This document shows positions 52,237 through 62,366 of a DNA stretch of 64,000 nucleotides, in pieces; position 1 is the stretch's first letter; every line of letters begins with the position of its first letter. The notes beneath the pieces are model-generated. The model was not told the origin of the DNA. It ran no database searches and saw only the letters and a program-made list of their open reading frames with translations. The DNA comes from Gammaproteobacteria bacterium (GTDB lineage Bacteria; Pseudomonadota; Gammaproteobacteria; SZUA-152), in assembly GCA_032250735.1 (NCBI GenBank), contig JAVVEP010000009.1, positions 32,334-96,333 on the forward strand, written 5' to 3'. Made by a program: the position numbers and the translations under genes.

Positions 52237-53430
52237 CTAATTTTGTATGCCGGCGATCGGCAGCTGAACAATCGGCAGTTGAACAATGAAACGGCTTCCC
52301 TGGCCTTCGATCGAGTCCACCCGCACGCTGCCTCCATGAGCGCGTGCCACTGCCTGCACAACCGCCAGGCCAAGGCCGGTGCCGTCATTACGGGTGGTGA
52401 AAAAGGGCTTAAACAGGTCTTTCTGAATATGCTTGGGGATGCCAGGGCCGTCGTCGATGACCGACAGCTCCACGGTGTCGCCCATGCCGTCATCGGCATG
52501 CAGGTGTAGCGTTCCCTGTTTGCCGATGGCCTGAATCGCGTTGTTGGCAAGATTCAGCAATGCGCTGCCGAGAATGCGGGGATTGCCTTTGACCTGGCGG
52601 TCCGGCGTGTCACTGCTGACCACCAGCGTGATATCACGCTGTTCGCACATGGCCGCCACCGCGCTGGAGAGATCCGTCAATAGCGCCTGCAGGCTGATGC
52701 TTTCCTCGCCGCTGTAGCCGGAACGTGAAAACATCAGCATGTCGGTGATCAGTGCCTCGAGCTGACGCAGCTGGCCCATGACCTTGTCCACAATGCGGGA
52801 GCGATGCGCGTTATCGAGGTGGGAATTTTTGAGCTGGGCGGCAAACAGCAGGCTGGATGCCAGGGGGGTGCGGATCTGATGGGCCAGGCCCGCGGCCATT
52901 TCACCCATGGCAATCAGCCGCTGGTGTTGGCCCAGGTGTTCCTGCAATTCACGGGTCTCGGTGAGATCGGTAATCAGCAGCACCTGGCCGGGCTGGCCGT
53001 CACTCAGGGGGCAGGTGGAAATGCTGGCGCGCCGGCCGTCACGTAATGAGATCTCATGGCCATCATCGGAACGCGGCGCAAACACCCGGGCGATAACCGT
53101 GGCCCAGCTCTCGCCCTGCAACGGCTCACCCAGCAACTGTCTGGCGGCGGGATTACACTCGCTGATACAGCCGGCCCCATCCAGCACCACCACGCCGGCT
53201 GGCAGGGCGGTGAGGATCGCATCCAGGCGTGCGGCCCGGAAGGCCACTTCACCCGAGGTGTTGGCGGCCTCCTGGGCCCGTGACTGTTGGGTATTGCTGA
53301 GCTCGCTGTGCAGCTGGGTTACGCTGTCTTCGAGCTGGTGATAGGACGCTTCCAGGTGTTCGGAAACGCGATTGAATATCCGGAAACTCTCTTCCAGGTC
53401 CTGGATGTGTTGTGCTTGAGTCGATGCCAT
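52237..53430 (-). CDS. fleS: Flagellar sensor histidine kinase FleS/FlrB (PAS, HisKA, HATPase)
   Basis: PAS region, H-box AHQIRTPLAS, G boxes DDGPGIP, GTGLGLAV. Confidence 0.88.
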   Translation of the reverse strand: MASTQAQHIQDLEESFRIFNRVSEHLEASYHQLEDSVTQLHSELSNTQQSRAQEAANTSGEVAFRAARLDAILTALPAGVVVLDGAGCISECNPAARQLLGEPLQGESWATVIARVFAPRSDDGHEISLRDGRRASISTCPLSDGQPGQVLLITDLTETRELQEHLGQHQRLIAMGEMAAGLAHQIRTPLASSLLFAAQLKNSHLDNAHRSRIVDKVMGQLRQLEALITDMLMFSRSGYSGEESISLQALLTDLSSAVAAMCEQRDITLVVSSDTPDRQVKGNPRILGSALLNLANNAIQAIGKQGTLHLHADDGMGDTVELSVIDDGPGIPKHIQKDLFKPFFTTRNDGTGLGLAVVQAVARAHGGSVRVDSIEGQGSRFIVQLPIVQLPIAGIQN

Positions 53431-53510
53431 GACACGCCTTGCCTTTCAGTAACAAACTGTCTGTGTTTGAAGGGGTGGCCAAAAGCCGCCGCCGGGTTTC
53501 ATCACAGAAA

Positions 53511-53526
53511 AGCAAATTGCGTGCCT
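53511..53526 (-). promoter_or_regulatory. Sigma-54 (-24/-12) promoter match upstream of fleS
   Basis: Minus-strand sequence aGGCACgcaatTTGCt, matching TGGCAC-N5-TTGCW. About 80 nt upstream of the fleS start. Confidence 0.55.
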
Positions 53527-53580
53527 AAATTACGACTTCCTTAATTATCAATAAGTTATAACCGGATGGATTTTGCCGGG

Positions 53581-55020
53581 TCAAATTCCCGTCACGGTTT
53601 CGCCGCGTTGCAGGCCATATTTCCGCAGTTTTTCCACCAGGGTCGTGCGCCGCATCTTGAGCCGCTTTGCGGCATGGGCGACGACGCCGTCGGCCTCGTC
53701 CAGGGCCTGCTTGATGAGGGAGCATTCCATGGTGCTGATGTGCTCCTTGAGATCCAGCCCCTCGCGCGGCAGGCGTGACGAGGTCTGGAAGTCCGTGCTG
53801 GACACCAGGTGCGGCTCAAAATTCATCACCGGAAGGTCCTGGGTCATGGGGCTGCCCGCCGGACGGAATTTCGCCGGCAAGTCGCCCACATCGACAATCC
53901 CATACGGATACATGATGACCATGCGTTCCAGCAGATTCGACAGCTCGCGCACATTGCCCGGCCACCGGTACTGACACAGCGCCATCATGGTTGCCGGCGT
54001 AAACCGCACGGAGCCACGCTTTTCATGTTCCATGCGGGCGATCAACTCGTTGACCAGCAGCGGAATGTCGTCGATACGATCGCGCAACGGCGGCATATCA
54101 ATGGGGAAGACATTGAGGCGGTAGAACAGGTCTTCGCGGAACTTGCCTTCCTTGATCAGCTCTTCCAGATTTTGATGGGTGGCCGCAACCACCCGGACAT
54201 CGGCGGTTAATTCTTTTGTGCCACCCACGCGCTCGAAGATGCGTTCCTGCAGAACTCGTAGCAATTTGACCTGCATGTTCATCGGCATATCACCGATCTC
54301 ATCCAGAAACAGGGTGCCGCCCTCCGCCATTTCAAAGCGCCCACGGCGGGCGCTGATGGCGCCGGTAAAGGCGCCCTTTTCATGGCCAAACAGCTCGCTT
54401 TCCAGCAATTCAGCGGGGATCGCGCCGCAGTTGATGGGCACGAAGGCCTTATTACGACGGGAAGAATGGTAGTGCAGATTGCGGGCAACCACTTCCTTGC
54501 CGGTGCCCGACTCACCCAGAATCAGCACCGTGGCCTCCGACTCGGCCACCTGCTCGATCAGTTTACGCACCTCCACCACGCCCCGGCTGTTGCCGACCAG
54601 ACTGCGGAAAAGCTCGAGATTGATACCGCCGCCCCCACCCCGTTTGCGCCCCAGATTAAACACCTCCGCCCGTTGCAGCACATCGGACAGTTCGGAATAG
54701 CGCATCGGTAGGTTAAGCAGGGCAAAGGCAGACTGAACCGTCTCCTTGGGCAGGGGTGACTCGCCATTGTCGGGAACCAGCAACACCAGAGGTGTCTGCT
54801 CCGATTTTGCCTTGATCGCCTCAAACAGCTCGGTCAATTGTTGGGTAGAACCACAATTGCCCAACAACACGACCTCAACACTGCCGTTAATCTTGTCGAG
54901 CGCCTGCTGACTATCAGTGACACTTACCGCTCCCTGGGCAACAAACTCCAATATAGCCGCGAGTTTTTGACGCTGCTGGTCATCATCTTCAACCAGCAAC
55001 AACGTCATTGAATCAGGCAT
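53581..55020 (-). CDS. fleQ: Sigma-54-dependent flagellar master regulator FleQ/FlrA
   Basis: Degenerate N-terminal REC, AAA+ (GESGTGKE, ESELFGHEKGAFTGA), C-terminal HTH. Confidence 0.88.
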   Translation of the reverse strand: MPDSMTLLLVEDDDQQRQKLAAILEFVAQGAVSVTDSQQALDKINGSVEVVLLGNCGSTQQLTELFEAIKAKSEQTPLVLLVPDNGESPLPKETVQSAFALLNLPMRYSELSDVLQRAEVFNLGRKRGGGGGINLELFRSLVGNSRGVVEVRKLIEQVAESEATVLILGESGTGKEVVARNLHYHSSRRNKAFVPINCGAIPAELLESELFGHEKGAFTGAISARRGRFEMAEGGTLFLDEIGDMPMNMQVKLLRVLQERIFERVGGTKELTADVRVVAATHQNLEELIKEGKFREDLFYRLNVFPIDMPPLRDRIDDIPLLVNELIARMEHEKRGSVRFTPATMMALCQYRWPGNVRELSNLLERMVIMYPYGIVDVGDLPAKFRPAGSPMTQDLPVMNFEPHLVSSTDFQTSSRLPREGLDLKEHISTMECSLIKQALDEADGVVAHAAKRLKMRRTTLVEKLRKYGLQRGETVTGI

Positions 55021-55202
55021 CGTCTCCTCCCCGGATAAGACCACTTACCGCTAAAAATTGTGTGAATCTCGAATTCGCGGGTAAGTTATACACCATATCC
55101 TGATAATGTCAAAATACTGGCGCTGTCTTTATATAAAAAAAGGGGTGTAAAAACGGGGGCCTAGCGGATATTGCTCGACCGAGTCGGGAACTTTGCGCGG
55201 TA

Positions 55203-55766
55203 TCAGCTTTCGCTTGCGCTGCGCGACAGGGCAATGGCGCGGCGATGCTGGCGAAAGATCAGCTTGTCGAACTGTGCCTGCACCAGTCCACCCTGAGGGT
55301 GCAACGCCACCGAAAAACCGGTCTCCGTCGTCGTGGACACACTCCCATACAGCACCAGGGCCTGCGGGAAACGGGTATCCAGAAACAGCCGCAGCCGCAG
55401 CAGATCGCCCGCACCCGGCACACTCGGGGGCCTTAGCTCGGTCAGCGACAAGGCGTGACTGGAGATCGTCACCACCGCGACCTCCGGTATCTTCGCCTGC
55501 TGATGCAGCAATTCGCCCAGCATGCCGAGGATGAGATCCAGTTTGGCATCCAGGTGGGAGGACTCGGTCAGGGCCTGGGGGGATTTCTCCAGATCGTGCG
55601 GGATTTCTTCGAGGACATTCAGCGCGTTCAGCAGACGTAAATTGGCACTGGCGGTTTGCGATTGGGTACGGTCAAGCGGCAGCGACGGGATTTTGCACCA
55701 GTCAACAGGCACCACTGCCTGAAACCTTATTCCATCCGAGAGCGCCTGGGTGTGATCGTCTGACAT
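55203..55766 (-). CDS. Hypothetical protein in the fliS-fleQ interval (flagellar-cluster accessory protein)
   Basis: ORF lying between fliT-like and fleQ genes. No recognisable motif. Confidence 0.45.
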   Translation of the reverse strand: MSDDHTQALSDGIRFQAVVPVDWCKIPSLPLDRTQSQTASANLRLLNALNVLEEIPHDLEKSPQALTESSHLDAKLDLILGMLGELLHQQAKIPEVAVVTISSHALSLTELRPPSVPGAGDLLRLRLFLDTRFPQALVLYGSVSTTTETGFSVALHPQGGLVQAQFDKLIFRQHRRAIALSRSASES

Positions 55767-55918
55767 GCGCTGAAGGGTAAACAGGCGGATTCGAAAACAC
55801 AAGTCTGCGCTACAGCAGTGAAAGCTAGTGCTTTGGGAGTGCGAAGTTGGGGCGGTGTCGCATCCACGTCTTTTTTGCACCACAGTAGATGCCGACGTGG
55901 CAGACGATGATGCAGTCG

Positions 55919-56245
55919 TTACCGGATTCCATCGTTACCGGAGGTTGAGTCCTGGATAGTCTGATAAGCCGTATTGGCCTTGCCTGAGGTCTGCATCAGC
56001 AGAATCGCCTGTTGCAACACCGGCATCTGGGCCTGTACCAGGCTCTGGGTTTGTTCATCCAGCGCAAGCACTTCCCTTGCAAGCGCGATCCTGCCGGAAA
56101 TACCCTGTGCAAAAATCTCATTAAACAGCGGGAGTCTGGATTGTTCGAGCTTGGTCAATTGATCCCAATCACCGCTTGTGGCGCACTGCAACATCTCGCG
56201 CGACAGACTGAGCAGACATTCATCGGGAGTGAGCGTAGATTCCAT
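55919..56245 (-). CDS. fliT: FliT-like flagellar export chaperone
   Basis: About 108 aa, helical, GDWDQL...LEQSRLPLF pattern like FliT. Position downstream of fliS. Confidence 0.55.
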   Translation of the reverse strand: MESTLTPDECLLSLSREMLQCATSGDWDQLTKLEQSRLPLFNEIFAQGISGRIALAREVLALDEQTQSLVQAQMPVLQQAILLMQTSGKANTAYQTIQDSTSGNDGIR

Positions 56246-56293
56246 ATTGAAAATAATGTTGAATAATTTCGAGGAGAAATTACTCTAGCCTTA

Positions 56294-56716
56294 CTAGCGA
56301 GATGCCAAAACTTGATCGCCAATACCATCCCAGCCAGATTTTATTTCGGTTAACAACGAAACAACTTCATCAAGCAGAGCAACATTATTTTCCGCGTGCG
56401 CCTTCAAAAGACACACAGCCATATGCTCGTATAACGCATGAAGTTTTTTCGCCAGATCACCACCTTCTTCCATATTCAAAGAGCTATTCAGCCCATCCGT
56501 TATGATTGCAATAGCAATTTTTATATGCTCTCCCTTGGCGGAAATATTCCCATCTATCATGAATTGCTTGGCTTTCAAGGTTGAATCAATAGCCTTGGAA
56601 AGTAATTTTGCAATTAATTCATATGGAGTCGCCCCTAGCACTGAGGCATCTAACTGTACCGACTGATAGGCATTAACCGCCGTTTTCATACTTTCCATCC
56701 CAATCTCCATCAGCAA
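56294..56716 (-). CDS. fliS: Flagellar export chaperone FliS
   Basis: AYQSVQLDASVLGATPYELIAKLL conserved FliS N-terminus. Confidence 0.9.
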   Translation of the reverse strand: MLMEIGMESMKTAVNAYQSVQLDASVLGATPYELIAKLLSKAIDSTLKAKQFMIDGNISAKGEHIKIAIAIITDGLNSSLNMEEGGDLAKKLHALYEHMAVCLLKAHAENNVALLDEVVSLLTEIKSGWDGIGDQVLASR

Positions 56717-56789
56717 TTTATTTATAGTTTTTTTGCCTGATAATAGTAGTAATATTTATTCAACAAAGGAATGATCAAATTTTTCATCG

Positions 56790-58223
56790 CTATGAAGAAA
56801 GACCTAGACTGTCAAGTTGTTGTGACAAGGCGCTATTCGTTGAATTCAGGCTTGCCACCAATACATCAAGAGCAGTAAACCGCGCTCGCAATCGTTCCTC
56901 AGTTCTGGATAGCGCACCTTCAATAGACTCCTGTCGATCATCCAGTATGCTGATTCTGTCCTTAAAGGCATTGGTCCGAGCGTCAATACTGCCGTTATAG
57001 GCCAACATCTCTGACACGACAGTGTCGAGTCGTGTCGCATAACCATCGGCAGAAGAAAATAAATCTACAACATTGTTACTATTGGCCTGTATGGCAGCAT
57101 CCAGTTTCGTCTCATCCAGAGCCAACTTTCCACCAGCTTGAAAAGAAACGCCAACGCTTGAGAGAGTCGTGTATGAACCCGTTACTCCCGTCGGAATTTT
57201 GTTCAGCTCGGCACGGATACTCGACATAATTTGACGTGTCAAAGAATCACTTGCCAGGGCACCCGCTTCACCACCGCCAACGCCAGAATCTATTTGCGTC
57301 TTAATTTCTGCCTGCAGGCCATTATAGGCATCAACAAAAGCCTTGACTGCCTCCTTGGCTTTACCGGTATCTTGCGATACGGATAGTGTCACTGTGCTTC
57401 CTGCTGTCACTCCGGCCAATTCCAGCGTCACGCCTTCAATTACATCCGTTACCGTGTTTGAAGATTTAGTAATCGATATCCCATCAACTTTAAAGTTTGC
57501 ATCCTGGGCTATTGATGTTTGTGCAAGGTTTTGTGCCCCCGCAGGGTCATAATTCAGCAGGCTTGTTAAAGTTGCATCTCCAGAAACCACAATCTGCATG
57601 CTCTGATCTGCCCCACTGTTCGTTGAGCTCAGCACCAGGCGATAGGGGTTAGCCGCATCGCCATCGTTTACAATAGTTGCGGTTACTCCTCCATTGGCCG
57701 AGTTAATCGCATCGCGAATGCCTTCCAACGTATTATTGCTACTATCAATGACTACATCAAATGAAGGGTCCGCATTGGACGTGAACGTTGCGCCGGAAGT
57801 TGTGCCTAAATTGATGGTGAGTGTTGTGGATGTGCCGGCACCAATAGATGCGGTCGCATCAGCCTGCCCGGCCGCCACAAGTTTTTGTGATTTGGCGAGC
57901 TGTGTTAGATCTGTTATTGAATAATTACCCGGTACCGCGCCACTGGTTCCCGTCGCCTTAATGATGCTGGAGTCTGACGACGTGGCAGAACTAGCCTGAA
58001 AAGTCGTGCTCGTGACCAGGCCATCAAGTGCGGATTGAAATGACGAAAGGGAGCTTTTAATCGTGCCTAGTGCGGATATTTTGGCATCAAAACTGGTTTT
58101 CTGTGCGATAAGCCGATCGAGAGGGATCCTTTCAACCTGCATCAATTGAGTGACGAGACCAGAAAGGTTGAGACTTGAGCCAATGCCCTGAGAAGTGATC
58201 GTACCAAAACCAAACGTAGCCAT
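56790..58223 (-). CDS. fliD: Flagellar filament cap protein FliD
   Basis: N-terminal (ISGLV...FDAKISALG) and C-terminal (FTALDVLVASLNS) FliD domains. Confidence 0.88.
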   Translation of the reverse strand: MATFGFGTITSQGIGSSLNLSGLVTQLMQVERIPLDRLIAQKTSFDAKISALGTIKSSLSSFQSALDGLVTSTTFQASSATSSDSSIIKATGTSGAVPGNYSITDLTQLAKSQKLVAAGQADATASIGAGTSTTLTINLGTTSGATFTSNADPSFDVVIDSSNNTLEGIRDAINSANGGVTATIVNDGDAANPYRLVLSSTNSGADQSMQIVVSGDATLTSLLNYDPAGAQNLAQTSIAQDANFKVDGISITKSSNTVTDVIEGVTLELAGVTAGSTVTLSVSQDTGKAKEAVKAFVDAYNGLQAEIKTQIDSGVGGGEAGALASDSLTRQIMSSIRAELNKIPTGVTGSYTTLSSVGVSFQAGGKLALDETKLDAAIQANSNNVVDLFSSADGYATRLDTVVSEMLAYNGSIDARTNAFKDRISILDDRQESIEGALSRTEERLRARFTALDVLVASLNSTNSALSQQLDSLGLSS

Positions 58224-58240
58224 TATCAGATCCCCCTACT

Positions 58241-58288
58241 CAGAACTACAACCAGAACTACAACCAGAACTACAACCAGAACTACAAG
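58241..58288. repeat. 12-bp tandem repeat (cagaactacaac) x4 in the flaG-fliD intergenic region / fliD 5' leader
   Basis: Directly visible in the sequence. Lies 18 nt upstream of the fliD start on the coding strand. Confidence 0.7.
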
Positions 58289-58335
58289 TTATACATGACA
58301 CATAAGCAATATATGCATGTTACATGCCATTATAA

Positions 58336-58755
58336 CTATACCTTTTCCTCAAGCATGGTTCCGCGCTGGAACTCATCTAATGTGCGGGCAATAGCCACCA
58401 TCGCCTCCGATGGAAACTGCCGGATCAGTTCACCTGTTTCCTTATCCTCGATTCGAACAACATTAATATCGGTACCATTTACAACGGTAAATTTCAGGTC
58501 ACTAAATCGTGCCTGTAACGACACATTGGCCTGTGAGACAAGCTGATCCAGTTCCTTTGAAGTGGGTTGTGCGGAGGGGGAATTTTGCTGTGGAGTATCG
58601 CCGGTTGTCGGCTGGTCTGCTGAATGCACACCGACCTGCCTCATAGCCGGCAAAGCCTTGCCATTCACCGCTGGGCTGCTGCTTTCTGAGGCTACTGCCT
58701 CCTTTACCACAGGTGGCGACATTGTGCCCATCTGGGTCAGGTTAGAGATATTCAT
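58336..58755 (-). CDS. flaG: Flagellar protein FlaG
   Basis: C-terminal FlaG motif (LKFTVVNGTDINVVRIEDKETGELIRQFPSEAMV). Position downstream of flagellin. Confidence 0.85.
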   Translation of the reverse strand: MNISNLTQMGTMSPPVVKEAVASESSSPAVNGKALPAMRQVGVHSADQPTTGDTPQQNSPSAQPTSKELDQLVSQANVSLQARFSDLKFTVVNGTDINVVRIEDKETGELIRQFPSEAMVAIARTLDEFQRGTMLEEKV

Positions 58756-58844
58756 ACCGGATCTCCTACTTCTCCTGCTGCCATAGCCCAGCCATGTTTT
58801 ACCATGACCAGGCTATGTTACTGCAGAGTCCTACTTAGCTCTTA

Positions 58845-59543
58845 TTACCTTAAGAGGGCCAACACGTTTTGTGGAATCGAGTTGGCCTGAGCCACCATCG
58901 CCGTACCAGCCTGCATCAGGATTTGGCCACGTGCCAGGTTCGCTGTTTCCATTGCAAAATCCGTATCCATGATACGACTGCGTTCAGCCGATTTGGCCTC
59001 ACGCGATGCCTCAAACCGTTGGATGGTAAACTCGGCAACAGCCATTGTGGCACCATGCCCCGCACGAGTCGCCGCAGTGGCAGTTAGTGCAACTCCTGCA
59101 GCTGTCGCGGCTGCAGCACCATTTGACGCGGTCAGGCTAGCGACGGTAGAGGCGGTAGAACCAGTGATATTCGCCAGCTCTGTCACCAATGCTGTGTATT
59201 CCGTATTGATATTTGCAACCTGAGCTTGGCCGTTGGTACCTTGCGCCTGCACCGCCAGCTCATTCATGCGTTGCAAAATATCCGTTGCCACACCCAAGCC
59301 TGCATCTGAGTTCTGCGCGCTAGAGATTTTGTCAGCCTCGTTTCTCATCTGCACACTCAGCGAACGAATGTCAGACTGCAGCGTCATGCCGACAGCCAGA
59401 CCAGCAGCATCGTCACGCGCACTGTTTACACGCAGACCAGAAGACAAACGTTCTAGCGAGGTGGCCAGACCCAGAGAGTTTTTATTAAGGTTACGCTGGG
59501 CGTTTAAAGACATTAGATTGGTATTGATGATACTAGCAGCCAT
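58845..59543 (-). CDS. fliC: Flagellin (minimal, 232 aa; essentially D0/D1 only)
   Basis: Conserved N-terminus (IINTNLMSLNAQRNLN...LSSGLRVNSARDDAAG) and C-terminus (QILMQAGTAMVAQANSIPQNVLALLR). A sigma-28 promoter lies upstream. Confidence 0.9.
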   Translation of the reverse strand: MAASIINTNLMSLNAQRNLNKNSLGLATSLERLSSGLRVNSARDDAAGLAVGMTLQSDIRSLSVQMRNEADKISSAQNSDAGLGVATDILQRMNELAVQAQGTNGQAQVANINTEYTALVTELANITGSTASTVASLTASNGAAAATAAGVALTATAATRAGHGATMAVAEFTIQRFEASREAKSAERSRIMDTDFAMETANLARGQILMQAGTAMVAQANSIPQNVLALLR

Positions 59544-59660
59544 TGTAGGTGCTCCTATTTATACCCCACTGGCGCGACTTATGCGGACCAGGATACGGGG
59601 TGCTTCATATTCAGCGGATATATCTCCTAAGTCTGGAAATATTTACCGCTCCCATACCCT

Positions 59661-59688
59661 ATTACGGCTCCCGCCAAAAAAGCTTTAA
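59661..59688 (-). promoter_or_regulatory. Sigma-28 (FliA) promoter for flagellin
   Basis: Minus-strand TAAAGCTT-N11-GCCGTAAT, matching TAAAGTTT-N11-GCCGATAA. About 115 nt upstream of the fliC ATG. Confidence 0.65.
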
Positions 59689-59831
59689 TCTATTTACGAA
59701 TAAATCTCCTGGACATTGGAAGAGAAGGGAAGAGAAGGGACGGTTAGAGACCCTTAGAAGTGGCATACAATTTGCTTAATATGCAAGCATTATATTTATA
59801 ATCTGTCAGGATAATTTAGGGGTGGGGTAAT

Positions 59832-62345
59832 TTGACCGAAATCGATAAAACTCAGCAAATGGATTCTGGCAATACTGTCTGCAATGCATTCGGCGAGTGC
59901 TACCTGTTCGCTATCAACCGCAATCTCTTCGAGAACACCTGTGCTAACACCGTGTTCCAGACCCAATACGGTGAGTCACTTTTCCAGAAAGATACCTTTT
60001 ATGTGATTCCAGGGACCGACAGTGGTCTTCTCTTCCAGTATGTGAAAAAGCATGGCATTCCGGCCGGCAGCCGTTATCTCTTTGTGGAATTGCCTCACGT
60101 ACTGGTCTTATTGGGCGATCTCGGTAGCCAAGAGCCGGAACTACAAATAACCAGCGATACACACTGGCTGGCGCAGGCCAAGGCAATGGGGGCAGAAAAC
60201 TACGCCTTGCTGGGCCAACTGACGCTGATGCGTTCACGCGGGGTACTGCATGGCCATTACCCCGATTACCCGCACTTCTGGAGTCGTCTCAAGGGAGAAT
60301 TCGATGCCTTCTCCTGGCAGTATGCCCTGGTCCAGAATGCCCACTATTTCACGATGCGCCAGATCGAGAACCTGACAGAGAATCAGGTGCCGGCACTCTG
60401 CCTGAAGGACAGCTTCCGCGGCAAAACCGCAGTCCTGCTGGCTGGCGGACCATCACTGGATGAACTGTTGCCCTGGGTGCGGCAACACCGCAAAAACCTG
60501 CTGGTAATCGCTGTGTCCCGTGTCAGCCGTGCACTGATTCAGGCCGGCATCCAGCCCGACATCAGCGTATCAATCGACCCCCAGCCCATCAACCTGGAAG
60601 TCAGCCGGGACATGCTCGAATTTCAGGACGGTACGTTACTGGTGAACAACACCCATTTGACCCCCTACCTGTTGTCGAGCTGGGGGGGTGAAAAAGTATT
60701 CATCGGACAACGCTACCCATGGAGCACCCCGCAGGAACCGGAAAACCTGCCGCCCATTGAAGGCCCTACCGTCACCGAAAGTGCATTTTCATTTGTCGTT
60801 GAAACAGGTGTTACGCAAATTATTTTAGGTGGCGCTGACTTCTGCTTTAGTCAGAGTGGGTATACCCATGCTAGCGGTACTGCAGAGCACGCCTTAGGGC
60901 CCAGGCCCATGGCGGGGAACCTGCAAGTGACGACCAACAGCGGTGTATCGGCGAACACCTCGGCCACGCTTCTAAAGGCCGCCCAATATATCGATACCCA
61001 ATCTCAGAATGCGATGGCGCGTGGTTGTCGAACAGTGAACCCGGCAGCCGGAGCCATGCGTCTGCTCCATGTTGACTATGCAGCATTAAATACTATCCAG
61101 ATCACCCCGATGGAGATACCGGCACGTAAGATTATCGCTGACTGCGTACCCCCCTCCGATGCCAGAGTTAGAATTAGCTACTACAAAGAAATACTAAGTG
61201 AGGTAGATCATGTGCTCACCGAACTGAGTATCATTAAAGGGCTGGCGAACAAAGCATTAATATATAACCACAAATTAATCGCCAAGAAAGAAAAAGGGAG
61301 TGAGATTCATAATAAAGCAAAAATAAAGCATGTTGAGAAACAGCTCGACGGCAAATATATATCAACTTCAACATTCATCAAACATTTTGGCGTACGTCGA
61401 TTTCTCCTACTCCTCAGGCCAACTCACCGAAACACTCAGGATATCGAGTATAAAAAAAACCAGCACTATTTCCAGGCATTCATCGAAACCAGTGATGAAA
61501 TCCTGGATATGCTCCGTTTGACTAGAACCCGTATCTTAAGTCGTGTGGAGGAAGAGAGCCCCAAACCCGATGTGCGGCACCTCATTGAACAATGGCGGCG
61601 CGATCAACAGCCTGGACGCGCTATAAATTGGGCAAGATACCATGCAGCTTACGTAAGCCACCTACCAATTGCAGAGCAACAGTTATTGCATGATTACCAG
61701 GAGTCAATCGCGGACGTGGTGGCGGAGATTGCTCAAGATCACTCAGCCCTCATCGAACGGGGGGCCTCACTTGGTGGCGCACCAGATCGAGCATATGAGT
61801 ATTTTCAATGCCAGAATCAGCAAGGTTTACAACGTTTGCTGGCTGGCTTAGAGAAAAATCACAAGCCGGATCAGGCCGTTCTTTTGATACCATTAATACG
61901 CGGTTACATAGCCGAGCTCGAAGGTGACGACACATCTGCAATCACCGCGTATGAATCCATTGCAAGCGGCCCTGCATACCTAAATGCACTCAAGCGAAGA
62001 TTAATGCTGTATTCCAATGCAGGGAAGAATGACGCAGCTATCGACGCATTGAAGACAATGTCCGGCCTGAACTCCTCATTTACCCCACTGTACGCCGACA
62101 TGCTTCTATTAACGGGAAATATCGATGAGGCTATGAATGTTTACACCGATTATTTACTGGACCACCCTAATGACCTGGACACAGTATTAAAGGCAGGTAA
62201 ATTATTCTGGCAATGTGATATGCCCCAAGGGGCAGATTGGGCAGTGCGCTATATTCTCGAGAAAGACCCACACAATCAGAATGCACAACGATTCCTGATT
62301 AAAATAGAGAAAAACACGCCAGAAAGTTTCGCCGACAACGTATAA
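59832..62345 (+). CDS. maf: Motility accessory factor (Maf / DUF115, MptE-like) with a C-terminal TPR-like region; putative flagellin glycosyltransferase
   Basis: TAVLLAGGPSLDEL motif typical of DUF115/Maf proteins. 837 aa, low GC, adjacent to flagellin. TPR-like C-terminus. Confidence 0.7.
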   Translation: MTEIDKTQQMDSGNTVCNAFGECYLFAINRNLFENTCANTVFQTQYGESLFQKDTFYVIPGTDSGLLFQYVKKHGIPAGSRYLFVELPHVLVLLGDLGSQEPELQITSDTHWLAQAKAMGAENYALLGQLTLMRSRGVLHGHYPDYPHFWSRLKGEFDAFSWQYALVQNAHYFTMRQIENLTENQVPALCLKDSFRGKTAVLLAGGPSLDELLPWVRQHRKNLLVIAVSRVSRALIQAGIQPDISVSIDPQPINLEVSRDMLEFQDGTLLVNNTHLTPYLLSSWGGEKVFIGQRYPWSTPQEPENLPPIEGPTVTESAFSFVVETGVTQIILGGADFCFSQSGYTHASGTAEHALGPRPMAGNLQVTTNSGVSANTSATLLKAAQYIDTQSQNAMARGCRTVNPAAGAMRLLHVDYAALNTIQITPMEIPARKIIADCVPPSDARVRISYYKEILSEVDHVLTELSIIKGLANKALIYNHKLIAKKEKGSEIHNKAKIKHVEKQLDGKYISTSTFIKHFGVRRFLLLLRPTHRNTQDIEYKKNQHYFQAFIETSDEILDMLRLTRTRILSRVEEESPKPDVRHLIEQWRRDQQPGRAINWARYHAAYVSHLPIAEQQLLHDYQESIADVVAEIAQDHSALIERGASLGGAPDRAYEYFQCQNQQGLQRLLAGLEKNHKPDQAVLLIPLIRGYIAELEGDDTSAITAYESIASGPAYLNALKRRLMLYSNAGKNDAAIDALKTMSGLNSSFTPLYADMLLLTGNIDEAMNVYTDYLLDHPNDLDTVLKAGKLFWQCDMPQGADWAVRYILEKDPHNQNAQRFLIKIEKNTPESFADNV

Positions 62346-62366
62346 CTTATTAATCTGCCATTGTTA

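Noticed and set aside
52209-52550. 113-aa ORF overlapping the 3' end of fleS in another frame
   Set aside because: It is nested within fleS coding sequence and the fleS-fleR junction, with no independent support.
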